Positions 1 to 61,095 of a stretch of 64,000 nt of DNA are shown here, piece by piece. The first letter of the stretch is position 1, and each line of letters opens with the position of its first letter. The notes under the pieces are model-generated. The model was not told the DNA's origin. It saw only the letters and a program-made list of their open reading frames with translations, and ran no database searches. The position numbers were made by a program, and so were the translations under genes. Source of the stretch: Antedon mediterranea (taxonomy: Eukaryota > Animalia > Echinodermata); contig NC_092673.1 in the NCBI RefSeq assembly GCF_964355755.1, positions 372,001-436,000 on the forward strand. The letters are read 5' to 3'.

Positions 1-258
1 CAGAACAGTCTTTTCCTAAAATTCCGTTTTATAGTTAACAATTGTTACCTTGACAGTTCAAACCATTTGTGTTTTTGAAAAGATATTTTATATTTTTTCA
101 CTTGAAAAAGCAACAAATAAATAAACAAATCTCAAAGATTTAATGGCCAAACTGATCACATAAAGGAATATTAATGCAATACCACTGTACGCACGTTACC
201 AATCTTTAAAATATGTCCTACAGCATACGATTATAATCACATATTGGCCAAAAGGGAA

Positions 259-413
259 TTAAGGTACACCAGCTTAAGGTACACCAGCTTAAGGTACACC
301 AGCTTAAGGTACACCAGTTTAAGGTACACCAGCTTAAGGTACACCAGCTTAAGGTACACCAGCTTAAGGTACACCAGCTTAAGGTACACCAGCTTAAGGT
401 ACACCAGCTTAAG
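259..413. repeat. 15-bp tandem repeat, about 10 copies
   Basis: (TTAAGGTACACCAGC)n. Confidence 0.95.
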
Positions 414-2330
414 GCATAAGTACATTTATTCGTACTAATGTCAATAAGCCACTATCTATAAAAATCTGAAAGTAAATAAAAGCAAGGAAAATAGAGTGTG
501 GACTGACAAGGAAGAGCATCAATAAAAATACCTGCTATAAATTGTATTACATAATTATCAAACATAAGAAGGAAATTAAGCAAATCTATAAAAGTTCAAT
601 CTGCTAGCGGCAGTAATACTATTAAATTTAGGTTTCCTTTCTAAAGATGATATCTCTCTCTTAATGGTCAAAAGTATATACTTTAGTTGACCTCTTTAAA
701 GCTACACTTGCTTGCTTGCATATATATATATTTTTCCATTCTATCAAAAAATGAAACTTCTATTAAAATTTTTTCTGTTTTTATAGCTTTTCTATCCAAC
801 TGTACAATCCAATAGGTTAACTTTTATAAGACAGCAGGTTAGTGATCTAATAAAACTATAAATCAGATTGGAAGTAAAGAAAGTATGAAAATTAAGCAAT
901 CTCTCCCAGTGAGAAATGAACGGACGGACTCTTTATGAAACTGGACAAACAGGTTTGACATGGTCAAGTATAGTAACCTTGACTCACTATCCTACCCCCA
1001 TGGCTAGGGTTCAAGTGTTTAATTAATTAATTGGACCACTTTATTGGGAAGGCCTATGGTTGGTAGTACTTTTCAACAGGTTACCTTTTAACGGATTCAC
1101 ATCCAAATTAAAGATGCTGAACAAACAAATTTGAAAGCTGTTTTAGAAGACTTAATACAAATAACAAAGAATTATAATTTTACAAGTATATTCTATTTTT
1201 AGATTTTGATATCTATTCATTTTCTTTCCAATTGAAACAAATATTTGATTGCACACCAACATATTGCTATAGAAGGTTTTCTCTAAAATATTGTCCCTTT
1301 AAATTATCCCGCTTTCTGTTAAGGTCAATTAATTCATCATAAAATGGATATTAGGATACTTTGACCGAACTGGCCATTTTCACGTACGCATTCTTTGCTG
1401 GGACAAGATGATGACTTGTCCATTAATTTGATTGGTAGGTACGATGTCACAATCTTTTGGAAACAATGTTCTTGTATCATACAACTGTTAGCACCCCACT
1501 GTATTCTACTACACTATTTATTTCGTGGTTAATGTAAATTTTACCAATTTATCAATTACTCCTAATCAAGAAATGTTGTTTATTGCACCTTTTAGCAAAT
1601 AAATGTTACCTAACTATAAATATTATTATCAAAACAGACCTATTTTTGGATTTAAGAGTAAGCAAAAATTATTGATGATTGATGATAACATTTATCTAGC
1701 ATTGACATAAAATTAAATTAAATTTAAAGAATGAGATGCAAATTCATTCAGTGTGTAGTGACTATTACCATACAATTACCTTTAAAGCATTTATTAAATT
1801 AATTTTTGAAATAAAAAAATATAGAGGTGTAGAGTCATAGTTAACCTCAATATTTTATATCCTCCCTAAGGTAAAACATAATAACACCACCATAGCACAC
1901 AGATGAAATATTTCCAGATTCCATTGAAATTTGGTTGGTGGACTTCAAGGTGATTCAATTTAGAGTAAAAATAGAATTTTGTGGATAAAAGAACCAACAG
2001 AAACCCACAAAACAAAAGACATCTTCATTCTGAATGAATTCAAAGCTAATGAATTTAATAGAGGGCTCAGCAGTGGTCTGCACGCACACTTAGCTCGGTC
2101 AACTTGTGGTAAGAATGGTACCAATATTGGGGTCACTAGAACACTAAAGTCAGAAGAAAAGACATCAAATATGATATATGATTTAAATTACAAATGTGCA
2201 GTGTTACATATAATATGAAATGTATTTATTTATTTCAATGTTTCTACTCATATTGTCAAATAAAGAAAACAAGTATAATACAGAATATATGCAGAAATGC
2301 ACAAGGGAGGCTACAAACTATAATTAAGTA

Positions 2331-2468
2331 TGCTATATACTTGGGTTGCATTGCTATATACTTGGGTTGCATTGCTATATACTTGGGTTGCATTGCTATA
2401 TACTTGGGTTGCATTGCTATATACTTGGGTTGCATTGCTATATACTTGGGTTGCATTGCTATATACTT
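2331..2468. repeat. 21-bp tandem repeat, about 6.5 copies
   Basis: (TGCTATATACTTGGGTTGCAT)n. Confidence 0.95.
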
Positions 2469-4367
2469 ATCATGTTTGATGAAAGGGCTTAGTGAGATGG
2501 TCAGTTGCCAGTCACTACATCACATGACTACTCTGATAAAAGTGAGGTGATAGGATCTGGGTCAGCTGATCTTGCCTCCTGGACCCCCCTCTGGAAAGGT
2601 GTTGGTAACCCACAGGAATACCCTGCATCAAGGTCTAAATGAAACGTGACTTTGCTTCGGTCACCTGACCTTGGCCAGCAAAGGTCAATTGTTTTTTACT
2701 ATACTGTCTTTCTTGATCAGAATTCACCAGTTCACCGTGAGGTCAAGCATTGTAGAATTACGGCTGATTTCTAGGTCAATGGGTTACATTGGTTACACCA
2801 ATGTTTGCCTTCATTTATTAGGTCAATCAATTTTTAAAAGGATTTAACTGGTCTGATTATTAACTAACTTCACTGTTGAGTAACTATGGTCTCATGTGGT
2901 CTCTTAGTTGATCAATAAACTGATCAACTTCAAAAATATAAGGAACTCACAAAATTAACTGGGGCACAGTTCAATGCAAGTTTACATTGAGCAATTGTAA
3001 GTAAAGGGGGAAATAGTCCTGTCATTGTCAACAACAATGAGAAATGAACCAACATACAACAAATAAACGAAGAGTTTTTCACCTGTTTATCTCTAAATGA
3101 AATGCCTTCTCATATATTTAGGTTACATTTCCTAGAAGAAAGTGGCTGGATATAAGAGATCAATGTGGGGTATTGGACCTAAGGGTAGCTGGCTAGGTAC
3201 AATTAAACATAACAGGTAACACTATTACCCATATGACCTAGATAAAGTTAACTGTTCAACTCTTGTCAGGCAATGTCCTCTCTTTAGTTTTTTTGTATCA
3301 CTACATGTAAAGTACCTGGTTTATTTTAGGTCACTTAACATTCTTATTTTTATGGTTCTGGTAGATTATTTATAACTTGAAATTTACTTTCAAACTGTTT
3401 AATTGTTAACTTTGTTGTGGCAGCAATATTATGCAAAATCATGTAAAAAGAAACGGTGTTTATTGTGCACAAAGTACCATGTATTTTATGGCCTAATAAC
3501 ATTTTATAAACAAGATATTTTGTTCACTTACTCAACTACAGACTAATTTGTTTATAGGATATAGAAAAGAAAAATATTAAGTAGATTAGCTAATCTCTAT
3601 TAATATCAACTATCAGGTTAATTAAGTTAATCTACTTAATCCCATCCGTTGAAATCTTAATTAAATACTCTAATTTCCTGGCGTCAATTGGATAATTACC
3701 TTTCTGCGGTTTTGAATTTTTTATAGCAAACAAAATTGTGAGTGAAAGTGAGCCATCAGAATTGTAGATTTACAGCCAACTTTTTATTTATTTTCGCTCA
3801 AAATTTATGGGATTCAAGATTTTAAACTTTCAAAAAAAAGTTTTCGCTAATCTAATTCCATGGTTTCTTCCTTCTCTATTTTGTTTGTGTTTTGAAATAC
3901 CTTAACAGAAAACTTAATATTTTCACAAAGCCATTTTTTATTAAAAATAAACACAACTTCCTGAAATATTAGTGTTCTTGTCACGTATGACAACGGCTAC
4001 GCCAAGAAAAAGTGTATGAAGTACACAGCGTTCTGTTTGATCTCTTATCCCATAGGAGTAGGCCTCAATAATTACAAGAAAAATGTTTCAAACTTCAGTT
4101 TGTGATGATTTCTTTTAAAGAAGAATAGTTCTTTTTTAAGAATTGATAAACTAAAAAATAGGTTCTTCCAGAAAATGTATTTTAAATGGTGTGAAATGTA
4201 TTGTACAACTAGGGAATAGTGAAATTAATTTGCAAGTAATTTCACTCTTCTCTAGTACAACCAAAATGGCTCACAATGGATGCATCATGGTGTCACTGAA
4301 CTTTAAAATGAAACAATAGAAAGAAAAAAAATAGAAAGAAGAAATAAAAATGTGGCTAAAAACAGTA

Positions 4368-4557
4368 TACTGTAAATGAATGAATGCTTTGATGGCACTG
4401 TGCAAGTACTGTAAATGAATGAATGCTTTGATGGCACTGTGCAAGTACTGTAAATGAATGAATGCTTTGATGGCACTGTGCAAGTACTGTAAATGAATGA
4501 ATGCTTTGATGGCACTGTGCAAGTACTGTAAATGAATGAATGCTTTGATGGCACTGT
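4368..4557. repeat. 39-bp tandem repeat, about 5 copies
   Basis: (TACTGTAAATGAATGAATGCTTTGATGGCACTGTGCAAG)n. Confidence 0.95.
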
Positions 4558-4923
4558 TACCATAGTTGGCTGGGATCTTTAACATTCATGCATGATGTAT
4601 GCTAGCAAAGGGATTCAAAATACTTGGCCCAAGGTTAGTCTAGACATGGAGAATGAACAACAGTCCGGGACACTATTTCCGATAGAATGCTTCTGCATTA
4701 TGTAACTTTAATTTCAAGATGAGTTGCAAATTTAGTTTTTATTGTGCAACACTCAAAGGAAAGTTATACCAATTTGAACATTCCATTAGGCTTTTGTTAA
4801 ATAATGGTGGGAATTAGAACCCATTTATCCACTTCAATGGAACAACTTTAAAATTACAATATTTTTTTAAACCTCTGCTAGACAACAGATTCTAAACCAC
4901 AATGCGACCACTCCAGTCCCAGT

Positions 4924-5365
4924 GCCATAATGCATGGGGAAAAAGCCCCTGCATGGCTTAGCACTGCTAAGGGCCCGCCATAATGCATGGGGAAAAATCC
5001 CCTGCATGGCTTAGCACTGCTAAGGGCCCGCCATAATGCATGGGAAAAAAGCCCCTGCATGGCTTAGCACTGCTTAGGGCCCGCCATAATGCATGAGGAA
5101 AAAGCCCCTGCATGGCTTAGCACTGCTAAGGGCCCGCCATAATGCATAGGGAAAAATCCCCTGCATGGCTTAGCACTGCTAAGGGCCCGCCATAATGCAC
5201 GGGGAAAAAGCACCTGCATGGCTTAGCACTGCTAAGGGCCCGCCATAATGCATGGGGAAAAAGCCTCTGCATGGCTTAGCACTGCTAAGGGCCCGCCATA
5301 ATGCATGGGGAAAAGCCCCTGCATGGCTTAAAAGCCCCTGCATGGCTTAGCACTGCTAAGGGCCC
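4924..5365. repeat. 53-bp GC-rich double-hairpin minisatellite, about 8 copies
   Basis: (GCCATAATGCATGGGGAAAAAGCCCCTGCATGGCTTAGCACTGCTAAGGGCCC)n. Confidence 0.95.
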
Positions 5366-7681
5366 TTCGATGCTGTATAGTTGCATGGATTTCTCATGCT
5401 CTAGGGACCCTGTGTTTAGCCAGTGAGTTCGTTCATCATAGTCTTTACACCACTGCCTAGTCCTACCAAATATTCCAAGTTTGAGGTGGGCAAGTGAACA
5501 AATGTAGCACGCACGCTGGCACAATTTGTAGTGATCTTATTTCGTAAAAGTTAAATGGATTCAATGTAGCCAATAACTCGCTACAAAGTCATATACTTGT
5601 TGATTTTAATTTATCTAATCGGTTGTCAGATTTAAAATCTGAACAACCCTATAAAAATTCTTCTTTTATTTGATAAGTTCAATAATAATCCATAAGAAAT
5701 ATCAGAATCTTTTGTCGGCCAAACAGTTAAACCACTTGAGATAAATGCAATCTTTGTAGGAAAAGAAAAGATGTTTTTTATTGCAATTTTATTGTTTCTT
5801 TGTGCATTTTTAAAATTAAAAGAAGCTAAATGGTTTTAATCGCGCTGAAAAACTCGTCAAAAGGTTAACTTCATATACAATTGAAATTTGAGTTGTTGAT
5901 ATTTTTTTTTGTAATCGCAAGTTCAGCAGATATTGATACTATTGGTGTCAGTAAGCCAGGGGCAGTCTCGACTAGACATAGCCCTCGGCACATTTAAGGG
6001 AACAATTTCAAGGTTTCTATTGTGAAATGATACCATGTTTTCATGTGTAGTGTTAATTGTAAATCTTGATTTTCATATGCTTTTGAAATGAGGCGTAAAA
6101 ATACTCTGTTAGCTGGATGCTTTGAAAACATGAGCAGACAGAACCACAACAATTCACTGCAGAGCCAATTTGGCCTACTTTTTGTGAACTTGTGAGGTGG
6201 TGAAATAAGTTAGGTCAACGCTAACAGATACCCATGTCCCCTGACCCAGGTGTAGAGGCACTAGTAACCCTCCTTTGGGCCATGTACCCCTGGAGATTTT
6301 GGGTTACCATCAAACTTTGGCAACATATTTTAGCAGCAACAACAGATTAATATTAAGTTACCATGATCTAACTAAACAAATAAGGATTTGGGTTATAATT
6401 GGCCGTCTTACAAAATGAAAGTTTGAAGAAAATAAATGAATAATTTTTATGAATTGTTTATTTATTAAAGGGACATACAACTGGCATTGTTTTAAAACAA
6501 ATATGACAAGTAAATTTGATGAAAGGTATTTTAAGCATCAATACAATAAAAGCATAAACCATACTTGAATGTAAACCAGTTGCTTGTCTGTCTGAGTGTA
6601 AATATGAACTTTTTATTCAGGGTTCTCAGTACATGATGAATGTTTGAACCCCGAACGGCCGATGGTCTCTCACCGAGTGACCAATAACATTTTCACTCAT
6701 CTAACCTGTTCAACTTTCTTTGAGGAAACAACAACTTGGAACATACACAATGTATGATAATGTAAAGACTTGATAAGGGCTCTTGCACAAAAAACTAAAT
6801 CAAACCATTGATCAGATTACTTTAAAAATCAGAATAGCTACTTAATAATGATTTAAGAGTATATGAATGTATTGATTTACACTTATTAAGAAATTGAACA
6901 GAAAAAAGGTTAAAAGTTACTAGATAAAATTGATTTATTATTCACAATTGCTTGGCTATCAAAACTATAAAAATTTTATAGGAAAAACACACAATTGAAA
7001 ATTGAGTTTGATTTGCCTTCTTTTGTGCTATTTTTATCCATCTAGTAATATATTTTCCTTTACTGTTGAGAAATATTTCGGTAACGAAAGAGAAACAAAT
7101 CAGAAAAAATGTGAATATTATGTAATAAGTTTATCAGGATGTCACAAGGTTTATTGACTTTTTTATATTGTAAAGTACATGTTATTTACTTAAACCCTAA
7201 AAGCAATATTTTACATATTTCTGAAATTAAAATTAACTTGGTAAAATTCCAAGTTATTTATGTTGTAAAGTTGTTTATTATCTGCTGTCTGCAACATCAA
7301 CTATTTACCTTTTCATATCCTTTATTATTCATTAGAACACATAAAGGAATTTCAGACATAGTAATCCTTAAAGCCGTCAGATTGCATTCCTACCCTTTGT
7401 CAATAATTGGCTAGGTATTCTGGTATAGTATAAAGGTAAACAAATGGTAATATCACTATTGACTGAGGTATGCAGTTGGAGGCCAAAGGTAAACATCAAA
7501 TGAAAATATTATTCATACAAAATAATAAGACAAATTAAGTCACTGCATTTCAAAGAAACTTTAGAAACTAATGAGGGCATTCTTCTAAGTACAAACTTGT
7601 TTCTTTGTGATTGAGGGAGCTATTACACTTTTTTTTACAAATATTAAATGATAATGAAAGAAGGAAGGATATTTAAGAGAA

Positions 7682-7776
7682 ATTAGTTACATTAGTTTAC
7701 ATTAGTTTTACATTAGTTTTACATTAGTTTTACATTAGTTTTACATTAGTTTTACATTAGTTTTACATTAGTTACA
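7682..7776. repeat. 11-bp tandem repeat, about 8 copies
   Basis: (ATTAGTTTTAC)n with shorter flanking units. Confidence 0.9.
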
Positions 7777-9657
7777 TAAACATAAATGTATAATAACAAA
7801 AAGAAATTGAATAACATTGGTGATACATTTTATGAAGAAATGTAAAATGCATTGTATTTAATTTCTTGAGGGAATGCATTAATTTTCAGACAGTTTATTT
7901 TTTTTTAATATTCTGCGAAAATGATCTATTATGTTTCAGTGACGTGAGTATCACATTAGGTATACCATAAATCAATCAACATTGATAGTATATATAATGT
8001 CATTGATTTGCTTAACATGTGTTTTCCTAACCAATCACCAACTCAAAGGGTTTATTGACAACAACAAAATACTATTGATGTGTATATAAAAAGCTGTTTT
8101 TTGTCGGTTTTTGCAACCATCGTGGGGATGGAAGAACTAACCTAACTTAAGAATTGACGTAAGCAATAAGCAAACGACCAATAACAGCATTTTAAAAATT
8201 ATAAAAAGTCACTCATGAACTTTTTTAAGTGGCCAAAGTAACAGAACCCTAAATATTGAATTGATGTAACATGATGTCAACAAAGTTTAAATGATTTGTG
8301 GGATCAGAAACTTATAAAAAATGTTTATTTGTTTGTATTTTTTCGAGCTTTTTCTTCACTTCTCCCATACATTGATTGATCATCGGTTCAAGTAAAGTCC
8401 ACTGTTTACGAAAAACAATGCCTGAACGACGACGATAAGTAATTATGAATGGTACAATCAGTTGCGTGGGATACGTCCTTCGATGGTGCAATCACATTTA
8501 ATCGCTGCCCAACCGGGAGAAAAAGAAATCATGCGAACCAACTATAACTTGGCAATGGTAACTTTGTGGAGGGTGTAGTCACAAAATGTTTGACATTCCA
8601 GTGAACTACTTATCCAAATTAAGAATTTTATAATTAATCACATTTGATGTAGCCTGACATTAAACAATCATGCATCATACAGCATGGCAAGCCAATATAT
8701 ATGATGTTGCACAAAGAAAAAGCGTTTTTCCACATAAAAAACAAAAGAAATCGGAGAACTTTATGTGATTATTATAAGTAATCAATTCAAAGTGTGAAAA
8801 AATAATAAATGTTAAAAAATGAATAAAATTACAAACATTCATACATAATTAAACATAATAGGAATAATTAAAAAAATCTTGAACTTTTAATAAACTCGGC
8901 ACATAAATGCCATTGGACATAATTGTACATTATGTTGCGTGAATAAAAAGAGTTTATTGATTAGCTTTTAAGAATAATAATATGATGGGGAGTACAAATT
9001 TTCTTGGTCCTAAGGCGTCCACAAAATCACGAACATCTGCCCACGATGACCTATAGCAAGTACATAACCCCTTTAACCTCTGTGACCGAAGAAAGACCCA
9101 TCACTGAATCTGGAACAATGTCAAGCAATATATTCAATCGTAAATCTATTCGCCCAAGAGGACTGGAATGACCGGTAAATCGTCACTGATACAAATATCT
9201 CCATTGATCTCAAAGTACCAAGGAAAACAATAACACTAGGTTTATATTTTGTACAACCTCCTGTGAACTTTGTAAGGGGAAGGTCCTTTAGGGGAGCTTA
9301 GATACAGGCTAGTTTGTAAGCTTAAAATAATGACCACCACACCAGGTTAAAGAAATTTATCACCCTCTTAAAGCAATCAACTTTCAGGCAGAAAGCCAAC
9401 AAACCAATGTTCAGCAAAACAGTTGAAATTGTGTAAAATATTGAAATTTAACAATGTTACTACTGTATATTACCATAAGCAATATTATGGTAAAGTACAT
9501 CTTATGTCACAATGTAAATTATTTAAATTCAACTCAAACCTAGTCAAGAAAATAGTACTGGGTTTTATACATTTAAATGCAAATCATTGTATTGTTTTAT
9601 TTCATGGTGAATAATATTCTGCCGACAGCCTGTTTTAAATAATTATTTGTAACTTAC

Positions 9658-58112
<48,455 letters not shown>

Positions 58113-58559
58113 GACTGCTGTGAATCAACCCTCTTACTTGCAACTAGGCCTATTTTAATTACCAACTTTTCTTTCAAAGTTTCAGGAAGAAAGTCAGGAG
58201 TTTGACTGAAAACCTCCCACTCGTCGCCGCGCCTATAAAGTCAGTGGAACTCGAGTCTCGCTCGCACACACATACCACTACCATTCAAATTCCAGGCACC
58301 AGCAAAACTACTTTCAACTTTGACACCAAACTTAAGAACGTCATAGGCTAACTTTCGCCAGAATAATAGAGGGCGACATGTATCAATTATTCCTTATTCA
58401 TAAACAGAATGAGGCACTATACTTTATAATTGATTTATATAATATCTAAATAAGAAAATAAGTTTGACGTGTAATCCAAGTAAACATTTTTAGGCACAAA
58501 TTATTTGTTCGTCAGTTGGGAATATGAAGGATCATCATCATCGTCGTATTTAACTTTAT

Positions 58560-58650
58560 CAACGTCATAACGTCAAAACGTCATCAACGTGAAATCGTCA
58601 TCAACATTAAAACGTCATCAACATCAACACGTCATAACGTCAAAACGTCT
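58560..58650. promoter_or_regulatory. Cluster of CGTCA (half-CRE) motifs upstream of the ferlin start
   Basis: CGTCA at 58563, 58571, 58579, 58596, 58613, 58630 and 58638; function is inferred only. Confidence 0.35.
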
Positions 58651-59748
58651 TCATCATTATTAATTATTATTAAATAATCATAAAAGAAATAATTAGGCTG
58701 GGGAGAAGTTACAAGAATGAAATGTAAAATTTTCTTTTCTTATTTTATTCAGTTGAAAATGTCCAACAAATTTAATTAAATAAATAAGGTACCTAAATTA
58801 CATATTTACATCTCATAAACTAGTAAACACATCAGGTTTTTTAATAACATCATTTTAACAATTTTGTTTTATTTTAATATCCACTTTATAAACCACTTCT
58901 GTTCTATTTAGTCCTCTAATATACTAAACAAATTAAATGTGTTTGTGTTCATTAACCTTGTTGAAAGAAATTTGGTTTTATAATTATTTCCCAGTATACT
59001 AGAAAGAAATTTTGTTGTTATTGAAAAAATGTGATGAATGAATCTACAATTTGAAAATAAATGTTTTTTTCTATTAAAACAACACTAAACCCAGAAAACA
59101 AAATGAAAAATCCCAATAAAATAAATAATTCACCATGATCTACCCATATGTATATACATTATCAAATTAAACACTTTCTCATTTCCAGATCCTCGGAAAA
59201 AAAAAGAGCATATTAGGTGAAATGTCTATTGCACTATTGTACTGGATTACCACTGACATTTATCTACATTGTTCTCCTGTTTTTAACTTTTATAAATCAA
59301 ACAAAAAACCATAATTCAGTCTTTGCTGCCTTTAAAAGGAAGCTTTAAGCTAGGAGTAATCTATATACAGTAACACTCACATTATTGGACACTTTAACAC
59401 AAACTATCCAGTTTTCAGAATGTATAAAGAATAAGAAAAACTGGTACAGTTAATCCTTTCCTACAAATATATTAACTTCATCAGCATCAAAAGAAAATAA
59501 TGAAAAAACAACCTTTTATCAATTATTGGAATGTTGATAATAAAATACAAAATGTAGATTTCAGATGTTAAAAATATTTTGATACACAAAATGCACTCTG
59601 TAGGTGTAATGGAATGATGATAAAATATACTAATGTAATAATTAAATAAAGAATACTAGATTTATGAAAAGAATGCTATACTATAGCAGCTCCTTAGAAT
59701 TTAAAATGCTAACAATATTTTGATACACATACTGCACTGTAGGCCTTA

Positions 59749-59905
59749 AGTTCTGTCTACACTATCAAACTAATTTGGTGTGTGATGTGGCCAAATGTGG
59801 TAGTGATATGCTCAAATATGTATCGATATGACATCATGATGTCCATATATGGGCTCATCACATTTTTGTCACATAAAGTTTGATAGACTAAGTGTAGACT
59901 AAGCT
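59749..59905. mobile_element. Tourist-like MITE, copy 7, in the PAS gene 3' UTR
   Basis: TIRs and TTA duplication; 25 nt beyond the stop codon. Confidence 0.83.
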
Positions 59906-59930
59906 TTAGTGTAATGGAATAAAATAATAT

Positions 59931-61095
59931 TTAGTTAATAATTGGTATTAAAAGTTCTTCATTGAGAAACTCTAGAAAACTTCCAATTGGAGGTAAAGGA
60001 GAGGACCGTTCAAACTCAGCTTGGTTGTACTGTTGCATTTCTTTCATGCAACAACTAACAAATTTTTGCGAGATGTTTGAATTTGAGACGTCCATTCTGG
60101 CATACTGATCACCAGCGTGCAAACAAGCCGGGTTTATCGCACCGTTATTGTTGATTTCGCTTAAGTATATCACATGATCTTGAACGGGAACAATATGCGT
60201 TGGGTGCATGTTAAGTCCTTGTCGATTGTAAGAAGTCATGTGATGTTGAGATGCGTACTGATCGTACATTTGTTGATAGTCCATCAGCGATTGGCTTTGG
60301 TAACCGGATGGATAACTATGGAACATTAGATTTTCCCATGTCGGGATTTCTTGGGGTAGTTCAGTCATATTTTTTTGCATGTCACATGATGCGTTTGCAA
60401 ACATGCAAGAAGGAGGTAGCTTGACATCAGTGACAGGTGAAGGAGGAGGTGATGGCGGGATGTTAGAACACGGGACAACCTGTTCGTTACATGTAGGAAG
60501 GTAGGTTTCAGGTGACATCTGAGGTGTTAATGGCATTTGATACTGCATCTGCAATGGTTCTGGCGGAAGAGCAGTCAAACCCTGCCGTCGACAAAACTCC
60601 ATGTCGTACATTTCTGGAGGAAGGTGCGACAACATTTGGTACATGTTAAACTGGCTCTCCACGTGATTAGTTTGCGAGTAGAAATCGGTTTGCTGTCTTT
60701 GAGTGTTGGTTGATTGTGTATTTTTATTTGTATTTTGGTAATTACATTGTTTCTGGATGACATCATGCGCTGCTTTCTGGTATCGATGAGGTGCAAAGGT
60801 TGATGGGTACATGGGCGAGTGGCGGTCACCGGTTTGGTGGAATGTAGATGGACAGCTTCCATGTGGGCTGTGTAAAGACATAGCATATTCCTCAGTAGCC
60901 TTGATTGTGGCTACTTGACTGGCGTTAAGGTATGTGTCACTGCTAACCCAGCGACGTTTATACGGGGTTTCTGTAATTGATATAGGCTGACATTCAATCG
61001 GTGCCTGTGGTGGCATTATTAACCTGAAGTATTCTTCGTTTCCATAACGTTTACGTGCCTCAGCTTCTTGTTGTAAGTACAAACTGTCTTCTTCC
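59931..61095 (-). CDS. PAS gene last coding exon (putative transactivation region)
   Basis: Acceptor TTTATTCTAG; frame EEDSLYLQQEAEARKR... continues into the 383-aa ORF to TAA at 59931; Q/P/S/M-rich. Confidence 0.9.

Noticed and set aside
2256-4370. Hydrophobic ORF ends (YLIIVCSLPCAFLHIFCIILVFFI; ILFLATFLFLLSIFFLSIVSF) as the missing ferlin TM exon
   Set aside because: They arise from T-rich low-complexity sequence and lack the RPxTSFxWF and basic juxtamembrane motifs.
4924-5365. CRISPR-like array of palindromic repeats
   Set aside because: Units are contiguous near-identical copies with no unique spacers, there are no cas genes, and the context is a eukaryotic intron. The same applies to the other arrays.
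237-5524. Repetitive ORFs (KLVYL, YTSLR, IAIYLGC, HSAIKAF and similar)
   Set aside because: Translations of tandem repeats, with no splice or homology support.
58234-58239. TATAAA as the ferlin TATA box
   Set aside because: It is on the plus strand, opposite to ferlin transcription, and the TSS is unknown.
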